A DNA stretch of 64,000 nt, taken from NCBI GenBank assembly GCA_958296235.1, contig OY282457.1:4545684-4609683 (forward strand), written 5' to 3'. This document shows, in pieces, positions 37,269 through 47,420 of the stretch. Position 1 is the stretch's first letter. Each line of letters starts with the position of its first letter. A program made the translations under genes and the position numbers. Source of the stretch: an uncultured Candidatus Binatia bacterium. GTDB lineage: Bacteria; Desulfobacterota; Binatia; Bin18. The notes under the pieces were generated by a model, which saw only the letters and a program-made list of their open reading frames with translations, was not told where the DNA came from and made no database searches.

Positions 37269-38171
37269 TTACAGGGGCAGCTTATCGAGAGCCATAGCCG
37301 TCAGCAAGACCGGCAAATAGACGAGTGAGGCAAACATGAGCTGACGGGCCGAGGCGCGCGAGCGGGTGCGCGCCAGACGAATGCCATACCACAGAAACAG
37401 ACAGCCCAGCCCAAAGGCGATGATAAAATAGCGCGGGCCGGCCATACCGACCAAAGTCGGGAGGAGGCCCACGGCTAATAAGGCCAGGCAGTTGAGCACG
37501 ACCTGACGGCCGGTGCTTTTCCCATCCGGCTCAATCACAGGTAAAAGCTGGAAGCCGGCCCGGGTGTAATCCTCTCGATACAACCAGGCGATAGCGAGCG
37601 AATGGGGCATTTGCCACAAAAACATAATGGTGAATAAAATCCCGGCTTCGATCCCCAGCGTTTCATTGACTGCGGCCCAGCCAATGACCGGGGGAAGGGC
37701 GCCAGGGACGGCTCCCACAATACCGCACAAGGAGGTCTTCTTCTTTAGCGGGGTGTAGGCGAATAAATAGCTGATGGTAATAAAGGCAGTGACCAGGGCA
37801 CTCAACGGATTGACGCTCAGCATGAGGTAGAGGAGGCCGATCATCGTGAGCGCGGCGCCAAAAACCAGGGCCTCCAGAGGTTGCAGCCGGCCGTCAGGCA
37901 ACGGACGTGTCCTGGTCCGTTCCATCAGGGCGTCAGCTTCACATTCCATAAGCTGGTTGAGCGCCAGGGTGCCGCCGCCGGCCAGGGCCGTCCCAATCAG
38001 CGTATGCAAGAGCAGGGTGTAGTCGAGGACGAGCCAGGAGCCCAGATAAAAGCCCACAGTTGTGGTGACCAGGATCATGCTGACCAGGCGCGGCTTGGTC
38101 AGCTCGACAAAGGCGGCGAGCCGCCGCATGCGCGGCAGATCGAAGACGGCTGTCTGTGTTCGCTGTATCAT
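37269..38171 (-). CDS. ctaB: Protoheme IX farnesyltransferase (heme O synthase)
   Basis: ELTKPR, DALMERTRTRPLP, YTPLK, WQMPH. Confidence 0.95.
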   Translation of the reverse strand: MIQRTQTAVFDLPRMRRLAAFVELTKPRLVSMILVTTTVGFYLGSWLVLDYTLLLHTLIGTALAGGGTLALNQLMECEADALMERTRTRPLPDGRLQPLEALVFGAALTMIGLLYLMLSVNPLSALVTAFITISYLFAYTPLKKKTSLCGIVGAVPGALPPVIGWAAVNETLGIEAGILFTIMFLWQMPHSLAIAWLYREDYTRAGFQLLPVIEPDGKSTGRQVVLNCLALLAVGLLPTLVGMAGPRYFIIAFGLGCLFLWYGIRLARTRSRASARQLMFASLVYLPVLLTAMALDKLPL

Positions 38172-39124
38172 ACGGTGGCCTGCTCCGAAAAAATATGTGC
38201 TGCTGCCCCATGAGGGCCGCGCCCGATACGATAGGCCCAGAGGGTGAACCGGACACTGCTGACCAGCATGAATGCTCCGACGATGATGTGACTGGTTGCG
38301 AGGAGGACGGCCGGCGGTGTCAAGGGGCCACCCGGGGCCAAATATTTCACGACATAGGTAAAGAGGCCCAGCCCGACCTGGAGGAGGAGAAGCCGACGCA
38401 GTAGGATTCCTGAGCGCAGCAAAGGACGCTGGGTGGCGTGATAGTGCTGGACATGGTCAACCAGGAGAAAGGTCACGATAAAGACCGCAACAGCCCCCAG
38501 GATATGAAGGCTCAGGCCAGTCCCGATATGGCGGAAGAGCGCGCCCAGGATCAACTGGGCGTAGATCAGGCCGACCGTGAGCAGGCCGAGTTGCTGCGCT
38601 TTTTTCGTGTCGCCGGCCGGCGGCCCCGATAGGCCCGACCGCCATTCCGCAGAAGTAAACAGGCTGATACTGGCAATGAGCGCAAAAAACGCCTGTGCCA
38701 GGCAGGCGTGAATAATAGCTATTTTTTGCTCAATCAACACCACCCGCATGCCCCCCAGGACACCTTGGAGCGTCACTGCGACCAAGGCAATAAGACCCAG
38801 CCGGCGGAGCCACTGCCGTTGCTCTGCGAACCACAGGACAATCGCCAGCACAATCGTAAGCAGGCCAACTGCCGCCCCCAACAGGCGATGACTATGTTCG
38901 TAGAAGATCCCGCCCACCATCTTTGACCACGGGTATAAGAACATATTATAGCCAAAGGTTGTCGGCCAATCGGGCACCACCATACCGACCCCGAGGCTGG
39001 TGACCAGACCACCCAGAAACAGCAGGGGGAGGGTCAGCGCTGCCGTCAGGACGGCAATCCGGTGAGGCCAAGCAGAATAGTGGTTGAGGGCAGCCAAGAC
39101 AGTCTCCTGTACGAAACCGGTCAA
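38168..39124 (-). CDS. ctaA: Heme A synthase (COX15/CtaA)
   Basis: GGLVTS...PDWP, YEHSHRL, QGVLGG..V, conserved His residues; start uncertain. Confidence 0.9.
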   Translation of the reverse strand: MTGFVQETVLAALNHYSAWPHRIAVLTAALTLPLLFLGGLVTSLGVGMVVPDWPTTFGYNMFLYPWSKMVGGIFYEHSHRLLGAAVGLLTIVLAIVLWFAEQRQWLRRLGLIALVAVTLQGVLGGMRVVLIEQKIAIIHACLAQAFFALIASISLFTSAEWRSGLSGPPAGDTKKAQQLGLLTVGLIYAQLILGALFRHIGTGLSLHILGAVAVFIVTFLLVDHVQHYHATQRPLLRSGILLRRLLLLQVGLGLFTYVVKYLAPGGPLTPPAVLLATSHIIVGAFMLVSSVRFTLWAYRIGRGPHGAAAHIFSEQATV

Positions 39125-39223
39125 GAGTGTGAGGCTAGTTGCTCAAACCCGGCTGCTCCTCCCGAGTACGGGAGAAACGGCCGGGCAGGTCGTATGGAGC
39201 CAGATGCATAGCCTCACATGGCG

Positions 39224-41077
39224 CTACTGCGAGGCCGTGACGACTTCGGGGCCGAGTTTCCGGTCCTGGGGCAACCAGTCTTCTTTAACCAGCGGCGAAC
39301 TATATTCATACGGACCGCGATAGACTGTGGGGGTTGTCTCGAAGTTGCCGTGGCCCGGGGGAGAGGGAGCGGTCCATTCGAGAGTGTTGGCTTCCCACGG
39401 ATTCTTGTCCGCTTTCTTCCCGGCAATCAGGCTCCAGATAAAGTTGACGAAAAAGATCAGCTGAGAAAGGCCCAGACAGAAGGCGCTCATGGTGATGAAC
39501 ACATTCCACCACTGTATGTCGTGCAGAAATTCATACTGCAGGGGGTTATAAATACGCCGCATATGGCCGGCCACACCCAGGAAATGCATGGGGAAAAAGG
39601 CACAGTTGAAGAAGATATAGGTCAGGGCAAAATGCACCTTGCCCAGGGTTTCGTTCATCATCCGACCAAATATCTTGGGGAACCAGTAGTACAGGGCGGC
39701 AAACATGCCAAAGATGATGCCGGCCACCACATAGTGGAAGTGAGCCACGATAAAATAGGTATCGTGGATAAAAATATCGACCGGCGTGGAGGCCATGTAA
39801 ATGCCGCTTAAGCCGCCAATCACAAAGTTGGAAACAAAGCCCAGGGCGAAGAGCATCGGACTGGTGAAACGGATATTGCCGCCCCAGAGGGTCCCCAGCC
39901 AGTTGAAGGTCTTAATAGCGGAGGGCACGGCAATGACCATCGTGGTCAGCATAAAGGCGGTCCCCAGAACGGGGTTCATGCCACTGACAAACATATGGTG
40001 GCCCCAGACGATCCAGGACAGGAAGGCCAGGGCAATCATGGAAAAGGCCATGGCTTTATAGCCGAAGATCGGTTTGCGGGAAAAGGTGGACAGGATATCG
40101 GATGTGACGCCCATGGCCGGCAGCACGAGAATATACACCTCGGGATGACCGAAGAACCAGAACAAATGCTGCCAGAGAATCGGCTCGCCTCCACCGCCCG
40201 GCATAAAAAAGCTCGTTCCCATAGTCCGGTCAAAGAGTAACATGCCCAGGGCGGCCGTCAGGACCGGCAGAGCCAGCAGCAGCAGAATGGCGGTGACGAA
40301 CAACGACCAGATCACCAGCGGCATGCGGAACCAGGTCATGCCCGGCGCGCGCATATTCACAACGGTGGTGATGTAGTTGATCGCCCCCATGAGAGAGGAA
40401 ACACCCAAGATCAGCAGGCTGATGACCCACAGATCGGCGCCTGTATCGACCCCGCTCAGAGTGGGGTCTGCCGAGAGGGTGGCATACATGGTCCAGCCGC
40501 CGGCCGCGGCGCCACCTTCTACAAAGAAGCTGTACACGATCATGATCGTGGCCGGGACCGCTGTCCAGAAAGACAGCATATTCAGTATGGGGAAAGCCAT
40601 GTCGCCGGCGCCGATCATCAGCGGAATGAGGAAATTCCCAAACCCGCCGACCATAAACGGCATCACGACAAAAAAGATCATAATCGTCGCGTGCATGGTA
40701 AAAACGGAGTTGTAAAAGGCGGGGTCCATATGCGCCCCGCCCACAGAGCCCAGGGATTTGGCAAAGTTTGCGCCCGGAAAGGGGTCAACGAATTCGCTCA
40801 GGCCCTCGACTGCGCCAACCGTGCTGTCTTCGTCCGCAGGATACATAAAGGGCTCGGATATCCAACTGGTAAAAGGCACCGCCGTCTCCGGCCAGGCAAG
40901 TTCCCAGCGCATCATCATGGCTAAGAGACCACCGACGATGAGCATGAGGATGCTGGCGAACATAAACTGGCGGCCGATCATCTTATGGTCGGTTGAAAAA
41001 ATATAGGTGCGGATAAACCCGAGCTCGTGATGCTCTGCGTGGGCGTCGTGGGCGGCAGCGGCTCCTGCTTCACTCAT
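39224..41077 (-). CDS. coxA: Cytochrome c oxidase subunit I, type A1
   Basis: STDHK.IG, FTMHATIM, WFFGHPEVYI, VWGHHM, VAHFHYV. Confidence 0.97.
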   Translation of the reverse strand: MSEAGAAAAHDAHAEHHELGFIRTYIFSTDHKMIGRQFMFASILMLIVGGLLAMMMRWELAWPETAVPFTSWISEPFMYPADEDSTVGAVEGLSEFVDPFPGANFAKSLGSVGGAHMDPAFYNSVFTMHATIMIFFVVMPFMVGGFGNFLIPLMIGAGDMAFPILNMLSFWTAVPATIMIVYSFFVEGGAAAGGWTMYATLSADPTLSGVDTGADLWVISLLILGVSSLMGAINYITTVVNMRAPGMTWFRMPLVIWSLFVTAILLLLALPVLTAALGMLLFDRTMGTSFFMPGGGGEPILWQHLFWFFGHPEVYILVLPAMGVTSDILSTFSRKPIFGYKAMAFSMIALAFLSWIVWGHHMFVSGMNPVLGTAFMLTTMVIAVPSAIKTFNWLGTLWGGNIRFTSPMLFALGFVSNFVIGGLSGIYMASTPVDIFIHDTYFIVAHFHYVVAGIIFGMFAALYYWFPKIFGRMMNETLGKVHFALTYIFFNCAFFPMHFLGVAGHMRRIYNPLQYEFLHDIQWWNVFITMSAFCLGLSQLIFFVNFIWSLIAGKKADKNPWEANTLEWTAPSPPGHGNFETTPTVYRGPYEYSSPLVKEDWLPQDRKLGPEVVTASQ

Positions 41078-41140
41078 TGACTCTCTCCTGTGTTGATCCT
41101 GGCCGGATAGTGTGTCTGGGGTTCTACCATTCAGGGTCAA

Positions 41141-41977
41141 TTACTCAGTTGCTTCTTGAGCGGCGCTGTCAGCCGCCCCTTCCATAGCGCTCTCGGCTTC
41201 TTCCTCTGTTGCCGCCGGTTCAGCCTCTGGCTCGGGCATAGTCTCGGCATCCATGACTGCACCGCCAGCCAGGACTTCCTCGGTTGTTTCTGCCGCGCTG
41301 GCGTCGCCGCCGTTTGTTTCGGCAGGCGGCCAGCGCTTATCATACCAGGCGGCGTAGTCTTCTGGCGTGTCGACGTAGAGCGTCCCTTTCATCCCCGAAT
41401 GACCGAAGCCGCACAGTTCCGCGCAGGGCACTTCATACGTGCCAGCCTTATTCGCCTGGAACCAGGCTTCGATCTGTCGGCCGGGCAGCATATCCTGTTT
41501 GAAGCGCAGGTTGGGCATAAAGAGGCTGTGGATGACATCTTTGGAGCCCAAAAAGACGCGCACCGGCTTGCCGACCGGGACATGGATGTCATTGTCAACC
41601 TGATAGTCGTCGTCGGTTTCAAATTCTTTGTCAGGCCCCGGATAGAGCACCTCCCAGTTGAACTGTTTTCCGGTGACGCGGATTTCGACGTCCGTTTCCG
41701 GCACGTTGAGCTTGACCTCTTCCCAGATGCTCTTGCTGGCAAGTCCGAGACCAATAAAGACCAGGGCGGGAATAATAGTCCAGACGAGTTCCAGGCCGGT
41801 GTGGCCATGCGTGTAGACGGCGCGCCGGCTGTCGTCCCGTCGATACTGGTAGAGGAAGATAATCATCAACGCCGTGACCAGGATAAAGGCGGCCGCGGTA
41901 ATGTAATAGATAAAGTAGAAGAGCGCATCAATGCTTCCCCCGTATGGGGATACATCCTCCGGAAGCCATTGCATCAT
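41141..41977 (-). CDS. coxB: Cytochrome c oxidase subunit II with acidic C-terminal tail
   Basis: ELVWTIIP, DVIHS, CAELCGFGHSGM CuA motif. Confidence 0.95.
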   Translation of the reverse strand: MMQWLPEDVSPYGGSIDALFYFIYYITAAAFILVTALMIIFLYQYRRDDSRRAVYTHGHTGLELVWTIIPALVFIGLGLASKSIWEEVKLNVPETDVEIRVTGKQFNWEVLYPGPDKEFETDDDYQVDNDIHVPVGKPVRVFLGSKDVIHSLFMPNLRFKQDMLPGRQIEAWFQANKAGTYEVPCAELCGFGHSGMKGTLYVDTPEDYAAWYDKRWPPAETNGGDASAAETTEEVLAGGAVMDAETMPEPEAEPAATEEEAESAMEGAADSAAQEATE

Positions 41978-42190
41978 AAGATTTCTTAGCCCCTTGTGTT
42001 GTGAAGAATCGTCCCTCTTTATACCGGAAAGGAGGGCGACCGCAAGGGGAGGGCGGCTACGCTGAAGGCTTGGAATTGCAGGCGGAACAGCACGCCCGGC
42101 GGCCCGGGTCGTCGGCTGTGAAGAGCCGGATCACAGCCGACTCGCTTCGATATTGACAACGCCCCGCGGACTCGATATTTCTCTTACCTC

Positions 42191-42376
42191 ATGATACACA
42201 AGACCGGCTGGGATCAGTTTTTAGAAATCATTCTGAAGCCCGATAACATCCCCATCGTGGGCTTGATGTTTCTCATCTTCTACTTTACTTGGCTGGCGTT
42301 CCGCGAAGCGCGTAAAAATGACCAGCTGATCGAAGAAGGCCGCGCCGACGAGATCCTGCGGGAGATGCAGAAATAG
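42191..42376 (+). CDS. Small single-TM protein (KPDNIPIV motif)
   Basis: 61 aa, one TM; TTGACA at 42153 upstream; followed by a ferredoxin gene. Confidence 0.7.
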   Translation: MIHKTGWDQFLEIILKPDNIPIVGLMFLIFYFTWLAFREARKNDQLIEEGRADEILREMQK

Positions 42377-42389
42377 GGAGGCGGACTGC

Positions 42390-42860
42390 ATGCCGTTTAC
42401 TATCATCGCCGAGAACTGCACCGGGTGCAGCGCGTGTGAACAACGCTGTCCAACCAAAGCCATCAGTGGCGATCCCAAAAAAGCCTATCTGATTGAACCG
42501 ACAATGTGCATCGACTGCGGCGCGTGTGGGGTCATCTGTCCCGATGACGCCATCCTCGACACGTATGGCAATCTGACGCAGGTGCTGAAGCGGGTTGACC
42601 GCCCGATAGCCGTTGTCCACCAGGATAACTGCAACGGCTGCGGGGTGTGTATTGACGTCTGTCCTTTTGACTGTATCTCGCCCGCGGCCGACAACGGCCC
42701 GCAATACCTCGGTCGGGTGCAGGTCGAAGAGAAAACCTGTGTGGGCTGTAAACTGTGCGAGGAAGTATGTGGCTGGGAAGGCATCTATATTATGCCGACC
42801 AGGGAGAAAGAGCCTTTCCTGACCTCAATCGGCGTCGAACTCGAAGAGTCGGCGGCATAG
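42390..42860 (+). CDS. Polyferredoxin with four [4Fe-4S] motifs
   Basis: Four CxxCxxCxxxC motifs; GGAGG SD. Confidence 0.92.
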   Translation: MPFTIIAENCTGCSACEQRCPTKAISGDPKKAYLIEPTMCIDCGACGVICPDDAILDTYGNLTQVLKRVDRPIAVVHQDNCNGCGVCIDVCPFDCISPAADNGPQYLGRVQVEEKTCVGCKLCEEVCGWEGIYIMPTREKEPFLTSIGVELEESAA

Positions 42861-42906
42861 GACGCAGCCAATGTTGAGATCGAGGCTCTGAAAAGGTAGG
42901 GCGACT

Positions 42907-43143
42907 ATGGACATAGCGTGGGCGACCGCGGCACCGCTTATCATCAACCTTGGCGCTCTGGCGACTGTGTGGTGGCAACTGGACTCCAAAATGGAGAAAA
43001 AGCTCGGGGATATGGACCGCAAATTTGAAGCGATAGACCGTAAATTCGACACCATCAATGCCACATTGCTGACGCTGACCCATGACGTTGGAGAACTGAA
43101 AGGCCAAGCGAGTACCCTGTTCAACAGGGAGAGTCAGGCGTGA
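42907..43143 (+). CDS. Small TM + coiled-coil hypothetical protein
   Basis: N-terminal TM, DRKFEAIDRKFDTI heptads, VGELKG; SD-like AGGG. Confidence 0.6.
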   Translation: MDIAWATAAPLIINLGALATVWWQLDSKMEKKLGDMDRKFEAIDRKFDTINATLLTLTHDVGELKGQASTLFNRESQA

Positions 43144-43158
43144 CGAAAAGGTTGGCCG

Positions 43159-43211
43159 ATATTATGCCGACCAGGGAAAAAGAGCCCTTCCTGACCTCAA
43201 TCGGGGTCGAA
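43159..43211 (+). repeat. 53-bp duplicate of the ferredoxin 3' region (42787-42839), att-like scar
   Basis: 50/53 identity; the three differences are synonymous third-codon positions. Confidence 0.85.
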
Positions 43212-43271
43212 GTTGATCTATCCGCGACCTGATCCACGCACTGGAGTTCCCCCTCACAAAAAGACAAGGAT

Positions 43272-43308
43272 AAAAATAGGGGCGGAGCAGTCTATCTGCC
43301 CTATTTTT
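43272..43308. terminator. Hairpin flanked by A5/T5, bidirectional terminator-like
   Basis: AAAAATAGGGGCGGA...TCTGCCCTATTTTT. Confidence 0.55.
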
Positions 43309-43334
43309 GTCGTGACGCTTCGGGAGATTTGGAA

Positions 43335-44054
43335 ATGCTATGGTTGCCAGCGATATTGGTCGCTATATGGGTGCTCGAAAGAATCTCTGCTGAAAACGCT
43401 ACGAAGCCTGAGGGACACATCAAAGCAGTGTTTCGTCATGCCCTGTTTGCAACGATGGGATACGTGGCAAAGGCGGATGGACGTGTCTCTGTCGGAGAGG
43501 TCCGTTTTGTCACGCAACTGATGGACGAGATGGAACTCAATTCGGAGCAACGTAAGCTTGCGCAAAATCTCTTCAGAGAAGGGAAGACTCCAGACTTCCG
43601 GCTTGACGATGCCCTGCAGCGGCTTTCCCTCACATGCCCCCCAGAAATGCTCCAGGTCTTCGTCTTGTTTCTCATGTGGTTGGTGTATGCCGATGGCCTA
43701 GGAAGTAACATAAAACGGAGAGTCGTGTGGGACATTGCCTCAGAAGTCGGAGTCTCCCGTGAACAACTCGATGAAATTGAAGCAGTGATTCGTTCTAAGA
43801 CTGAGGGAGCCTCAAGCTCGTCGAGCGAGGGAGCCTCAAGCTCGTCGAGTCTTGAAGACGCCTATAAAGTGCTTAAAGTCAGTCCCGGTGCCTCTGACGC
43901 CGAAATAAAGCGGGCCTACCGAAACCGAGTGAAGGACTTCCACCCGGATGGCCTACCACCAGAACTGTCCGAGGAGATTCTGCGTTTCGCCGAAGAGCGC
44001 ATGAAAGAGATCACGCTCGCCTACGAACGTATCAGACAGGCGCGAAACCTCTGA
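43335..44054 (+). CDS. djlA: DjlA-like co-chaperone (TerB-like domain + J domain)
   Basis: MGYVAKADGRVS..E; AYKVL...EIKRAYR....FHPD; 24-bp duplication at 43803-43850 in the linker. Confidence 0.82.
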   Translation: MLWLPAILVAIWVLERISAENATKPEGHIKAVFRHALFATMGYVAKADGRVSVGEVRFVTQLMDEMELNSEQRKLAQNLFREGKTPDFRLDDALQRLSLTCPPEMLQVFVLFLMWLVYADGLGSNIKRRVVWDIASEVGVSREQLDEIEAVIRSKTEGASSSSSEGASSSSSLEDAYKVLKVSPGASDAEIKRAYRNRVKDFHPDGLPPELSEEILRFAEERMKEITLAYERIRQARNL

Positions 44055-44063
44055 CGGGAGCCG

Positions 44064-44936
44064 CTAAATAATTTTGTTGAGCGGATACTCGATAATGCCG
44101 ACCGCTCCATTCTGAATGAGCTGGGGAATCAGCTCACGCACAATCCCTTCGTCAATCACGCTTTCCACGGCGAACCACTCAGACTCATACAGGGGCGAGA
44201 CGGTCGGGGCGGTCAGGCTCGGCAGCATTTTGACAATGCGGTCAAGATGCTCCTTGGGCACGTTCATCTTGAGGCCGACTTTTGCTTCTGCGCTCAGCGC
44301 GCCTTTCAGCAACAGGGCAATCTGATTGATTTTCTCTCGCTTTTTCGCATCCTGCATGGCCCGTTTATTGGCAATGAGCTGCGGGTTGGAGCGAAACAGC
44401 TCATGAATGATCTTGAGCCCGTGGGCCCGAATGGTTGAGCCCGATTCCGTTACTTCGACAATGGCGTCAACCAGACCATCGGCGGCCTTGGCCTCGGTTG
44501 CTCCCCAGGAAAATTCGACATCGACCCGGATGCCCTGTTCGTCAAAATAGCGCTGGGTATAACGCACCAGTTCGGTTGCAATTCTTTTCCCGTTCAGATC
44601 GTTGAGGTCCCGGATGGGCGAATCCTGCGGAATGGCGAGCACCCAACGTGTCGGCTGAAAGCTGGCTTTGGAATACACCAGGTCGATAATGGGTTCGACG
44701 TCCGCGTTGTTTTCCATGATCCAGTCTTTACCGGTGATGCCGGCATCCAGGGTGCCGGACTCGACATAGCGCGCCATTTCCTGGGCCCGGACCAGCGCGC
44801 AGCGCAAGCTTGGGTCGTCAATACTGGGGAAATAGCTACGCGAGCTGGTCGATACTTTCCAACCGGACTTTTTGAAGAGTTCAATCGTTGTTGCCTCCAG
44901 ACTTCCTTTGGGAAGTCCAAGCCTCAAAATTTCCAT
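44064..44936 (-). CDS. hisG: ATP phosphoribosyltransferase (long form)
   Basis: [36 protein letters not shown]; C-terminal regulatory domain. Confidence 0.95.
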   Translation of the reverse strand: MEILRLGLPKGSLEATTIELFKKSGWKVSTSSRSYFPSIDDPSLRCALVRAQEMARYVESGTLDAGITGKDWIMENNADVEPIIDLVYSKASFQPTRWVLAIPQDSPIRDLNDLNGKRIATELVRYTQRYFDEQGIRVDVEFSWGATEAKAADGLVDAIVEVTESGSTIRAHGLKIIHELFRSNPQLIANKRAMQDAKKREKINQIALLLKGALSAEAKVGLKMNVPKEHLDRIVKMLPSLTAPTVSPLYESEWFAVESVIDEGIVRELIPQLIQNGAVGIIEYPLNKII

Positions 44937-45243
44937 ATCGTCTCTTTTACTAACCCTGTGGTGTTTGGATTTTCGTGCGGCGTGTGACGGCCCGACACGT
45001 CCGCTCCGACGGATGGGGCCTGTCCTGACCTGACGCAGGTCTGTTGATTTCTTGCCCGCCTCTCCTACCACAACGGACCGTCTGCCGCAAGTAAAGCGCG
45101 CCGCCGGAGTCGTCCAAAAGGCGGGTCGGTATATGAGAGCGCCCGGGGGCGGAGCGAGCAGCGCCGCATAGGCGTTTTCCCGCGTCTTTGCTACATATGG
45201 CACGGCGACGAATGGAAGAGTCTGATCCGCGCAAAAACGGGAG

Positions 45244-46278
45244 ATGATGCCTATGAAGCTGTCCGAGATTGCCGAACGCCTCCAGTGTGAGCTGCGAGGG
45301 AATGCCAACCCGGTGATTACCGACCTCAAGCCGATAGACGAGGCCGGCCCCCACGACCTCACCTTTGTCAGCAATAAAAAATATTTTGCGCAATTACCGA
45401 CGACCCGGGCCGCGGCCGTTATTTTGCCAGCCGACGCTCCAGCCGTCTCACTGCCCTCGCTGCGCACCGACAATCCCGACTTTGCTGTCGCCCAGGTGCT
45501 GGGCTGGCTGTATCCGCGGTATGAGCCGCCTGAGGGGGTCCATCCCACGGCTGTTGTCTCTTCCTCTGCCCGCATTGGCGCGCATGCCTTCATTGGCCCC
45601 TACGCGGTGATTGGCGATGACGCCGTGATCGGTGAGTATGCGCGTATCTTCGCCCATGTGGTGATTTATCCCGAGGCGCGCATTGGCCATCACTTTACGG
45701 CCCATGCCGGGGCGATTGTGCGTGAGCGCGTTATGATCGGCAATCGTGTGGTCTTGCAGAGCGGGGTTGTCGTTGGTGGAGACGGATTTGGCTACGTCCC
45801 ACTGCCTGACGGGTCGATTATGCCCAAGCCGCAGGCCGGTAGCGTCGAGTTGCAGGACGAAGTCGAGCTGGGCGCAAACACGACTGTTGATCGGGCCACC
45901 GTGGGAACAACGCGAGTGCGGAAAGGAACCAAGATCGACAATCTGGTGCAAATCGGTCACGGCTCGGATGTTGGCGAGTACGCGTTTATCTGTGCTCAGG
46001 CTGGCCTGGCCGGCAGTACGACGCTGGAGGAGCGGGTCCAACTCGGCGGCCAGGTTGGTGTGGCCGGTCATCTGACAGTCGGCAAGAACAGCATGGTCGT
46101 GGCCCAGAGCGGCATTCCCAACGACGTCCCGGCCAATAGCGTTATCGGTGGCTACCCCGCGGTGAACGTCCTTTCCTGGCGACGAACCTCCGCGGCCCTG
46201 CCCAAGCTGCCGGAGTTGCTGCGCAGGGTACGGAAACTGGAACAGGAGTTGGAAGCGTTAAAGAAAGAAGCGGAGTAG
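45244..46278 (+). CDS. lpxD: UDP-3-O-acylglucosamine N-acyltransferase
   Basis: Hexapeptide repeats, [18 protein letters not shown]. Confidence 0.96.
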   Translation: MMPMKLSEIAERLQCELRGNANPVITDLKPIDEAGPHDLTFVSNKKYFAQLPTTRAAAVILPADAPAVSLPSLRTDNPDFAVAQVLGWLYPRYEPPEGVHPTAVVSSSARIGAHAFIGPYAVIGDDAVIGEYARIFAHVVIYPEARIGHHFTAHAGAIVRERVMIGNRVVLQSGVVVGGDGFGYVPLPDGSIMPKPQAGSVELQDEVELGANTTVDRATVGTTRVRKGTKIDNLVQIGHGSDVGEYAFICAQAGLAGSTTLEERVQLGGQVGVAGHLTVGKNSMVVAQSGIPNDVPANSVIGGYPAVNVLSWRRTSAALPKLPELLRRVRKLEQELEALKKEAE

Positions 46279-46327
46279 AGACAGGGGCTTGTCCTCACGT
46301 TCTGGGTCATACTCTCATATGAACAGA

Positions 46328-47245
46328 TCAGGGCCGTTTCGTGACGGCGATGCCAATCCCGCCTAACATGACCGGGATGCCCCAGGGGTCAACGATAGGG
46401 AATTTGCTGACCAGCCATTCCCGCGGACCGTCAGGGGAGGGGATCGTCTCTGTGAGTTGTTCGCCCTGTCCGCCGGAGAGGACGCGCTGGTCGTTTTTTC
46501 GGACCTGTTCCGCCACATCCGGCGGTAAAATCTCGAAGTCAGTCTGGCCGAGCCAGGTGAGGCCCTTATCCGGGAACAGGGTCTTCCACAGATTCACCAA
46601 GGTCTCATTCGCATACAAATAGTGCCCCTCCAGGTCTTTGATAAAGGCGATGCCGGGCAGGTGGTGGAGGAATAGCGACAGACGTTCTTCCGTTTGCTGG
46701 AGCGTTTCTTCGATATGTTTGCGCTCCGTAATGTCCAGGGTTGCGCCATCAATACGGACCGGCTGGCCATCCGGCCTGACGCGCGCCCGCGCCCGCGAGC
46801 GGAGCCACTTAATGCTGCCGTCTTGCGTGACGATACGAAATTCATATTCGGTTGTCTGCTCGGATGGCAGGGACTGAAGGGTCTGTGTCACCTGCGCTAA
46901 GTCATCTGGATGAATATACTGTTGGAGCGGATTGGGTTTGCCTATAAGTGCCTCGGTGGCATACCCGGTGATCCGGGTAAAACTCTCAGTCAACCAGTCC
47001 AGGATGAGGCGGTCCTGGTCAGTGACGCGAAAGGAAAACGCATAATCAAAGGCCGATTCGTTAATGACCCGTTGGCGCGCTTCACTCTCGCGTAAGGCGG
47101 CCTCTGTCTGTTGGTGTGCGGTTTCAATCGCTTCGAGCTGTGCCACCCGGTTGCGCAGGGTCGCTATTTCCTGCTCCAGCGCGGCTCGCGGTTTTCTCGC
47201 CACGCCCATGCTGCTCGTCTTGCTGTCTTTGCTCGTCCTGCCCAT
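46328..47245 (-). CDS. Coiled-coil + two PAS/PAC domain protein with no output domain
   Basis: IHPDD, DGSIKW, DITERK, FIKDLEG.YLYAN; stops at the end of the second PAC. Confidence 0.8.
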   Translation of the reverse strand: MGRTSKDSKTSSMGVARKPRAALEQEIATLRNRVAQLEAIETAHQQTEAALRESEARQRVINESAFDYAFSFRVTDQDRLILDWLTESFTRITGYATEALIGKPNPLQQYIHPDDLAQVTQTLQSLPSEQTTEYEFRIVTQDGSIKWLRSRARARVRPDGQPVRIDGATLDITERKHIEETLQQTEERLSLFLHHLPGIAFIKDLEGHYLYANETLVNLWKTLFPDKGLTWLGQTDFEILPPDVAEQVRKNDQRVLSGGQGEQLTETIPSPDGPREWLVSKFPIVDPWGIPVMLGGIGIAVTKRP

Positions 47246-47420
47246 TGTCTCCAGCCTGCCCCTTCTTTCGTCAGACCGGGTCTGAATTCCTCTCCCCTAT
47301 AGACGAATACCTCTAGGCAAGTAAAGAAAAATCTGCCACGCATCATGCGGTATGCAGGAGCGAAGAGGGGCAGCCGCGGGCCGTGGAGCTTGGCGAGTGA
47401 AGCCCGGCTGCCTGCCTCGG

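Noticed and set aside
44937-45243. SRP RNA or His attenuator upstream of hisG (GTCAGGTC motif; ORF track extends hisG to 45593)
   Set aside because: No CCGGAAGGAAGCAGC SRP core and no His-rich leader peptide; the extension overlaps lpxD antisense and is spurious
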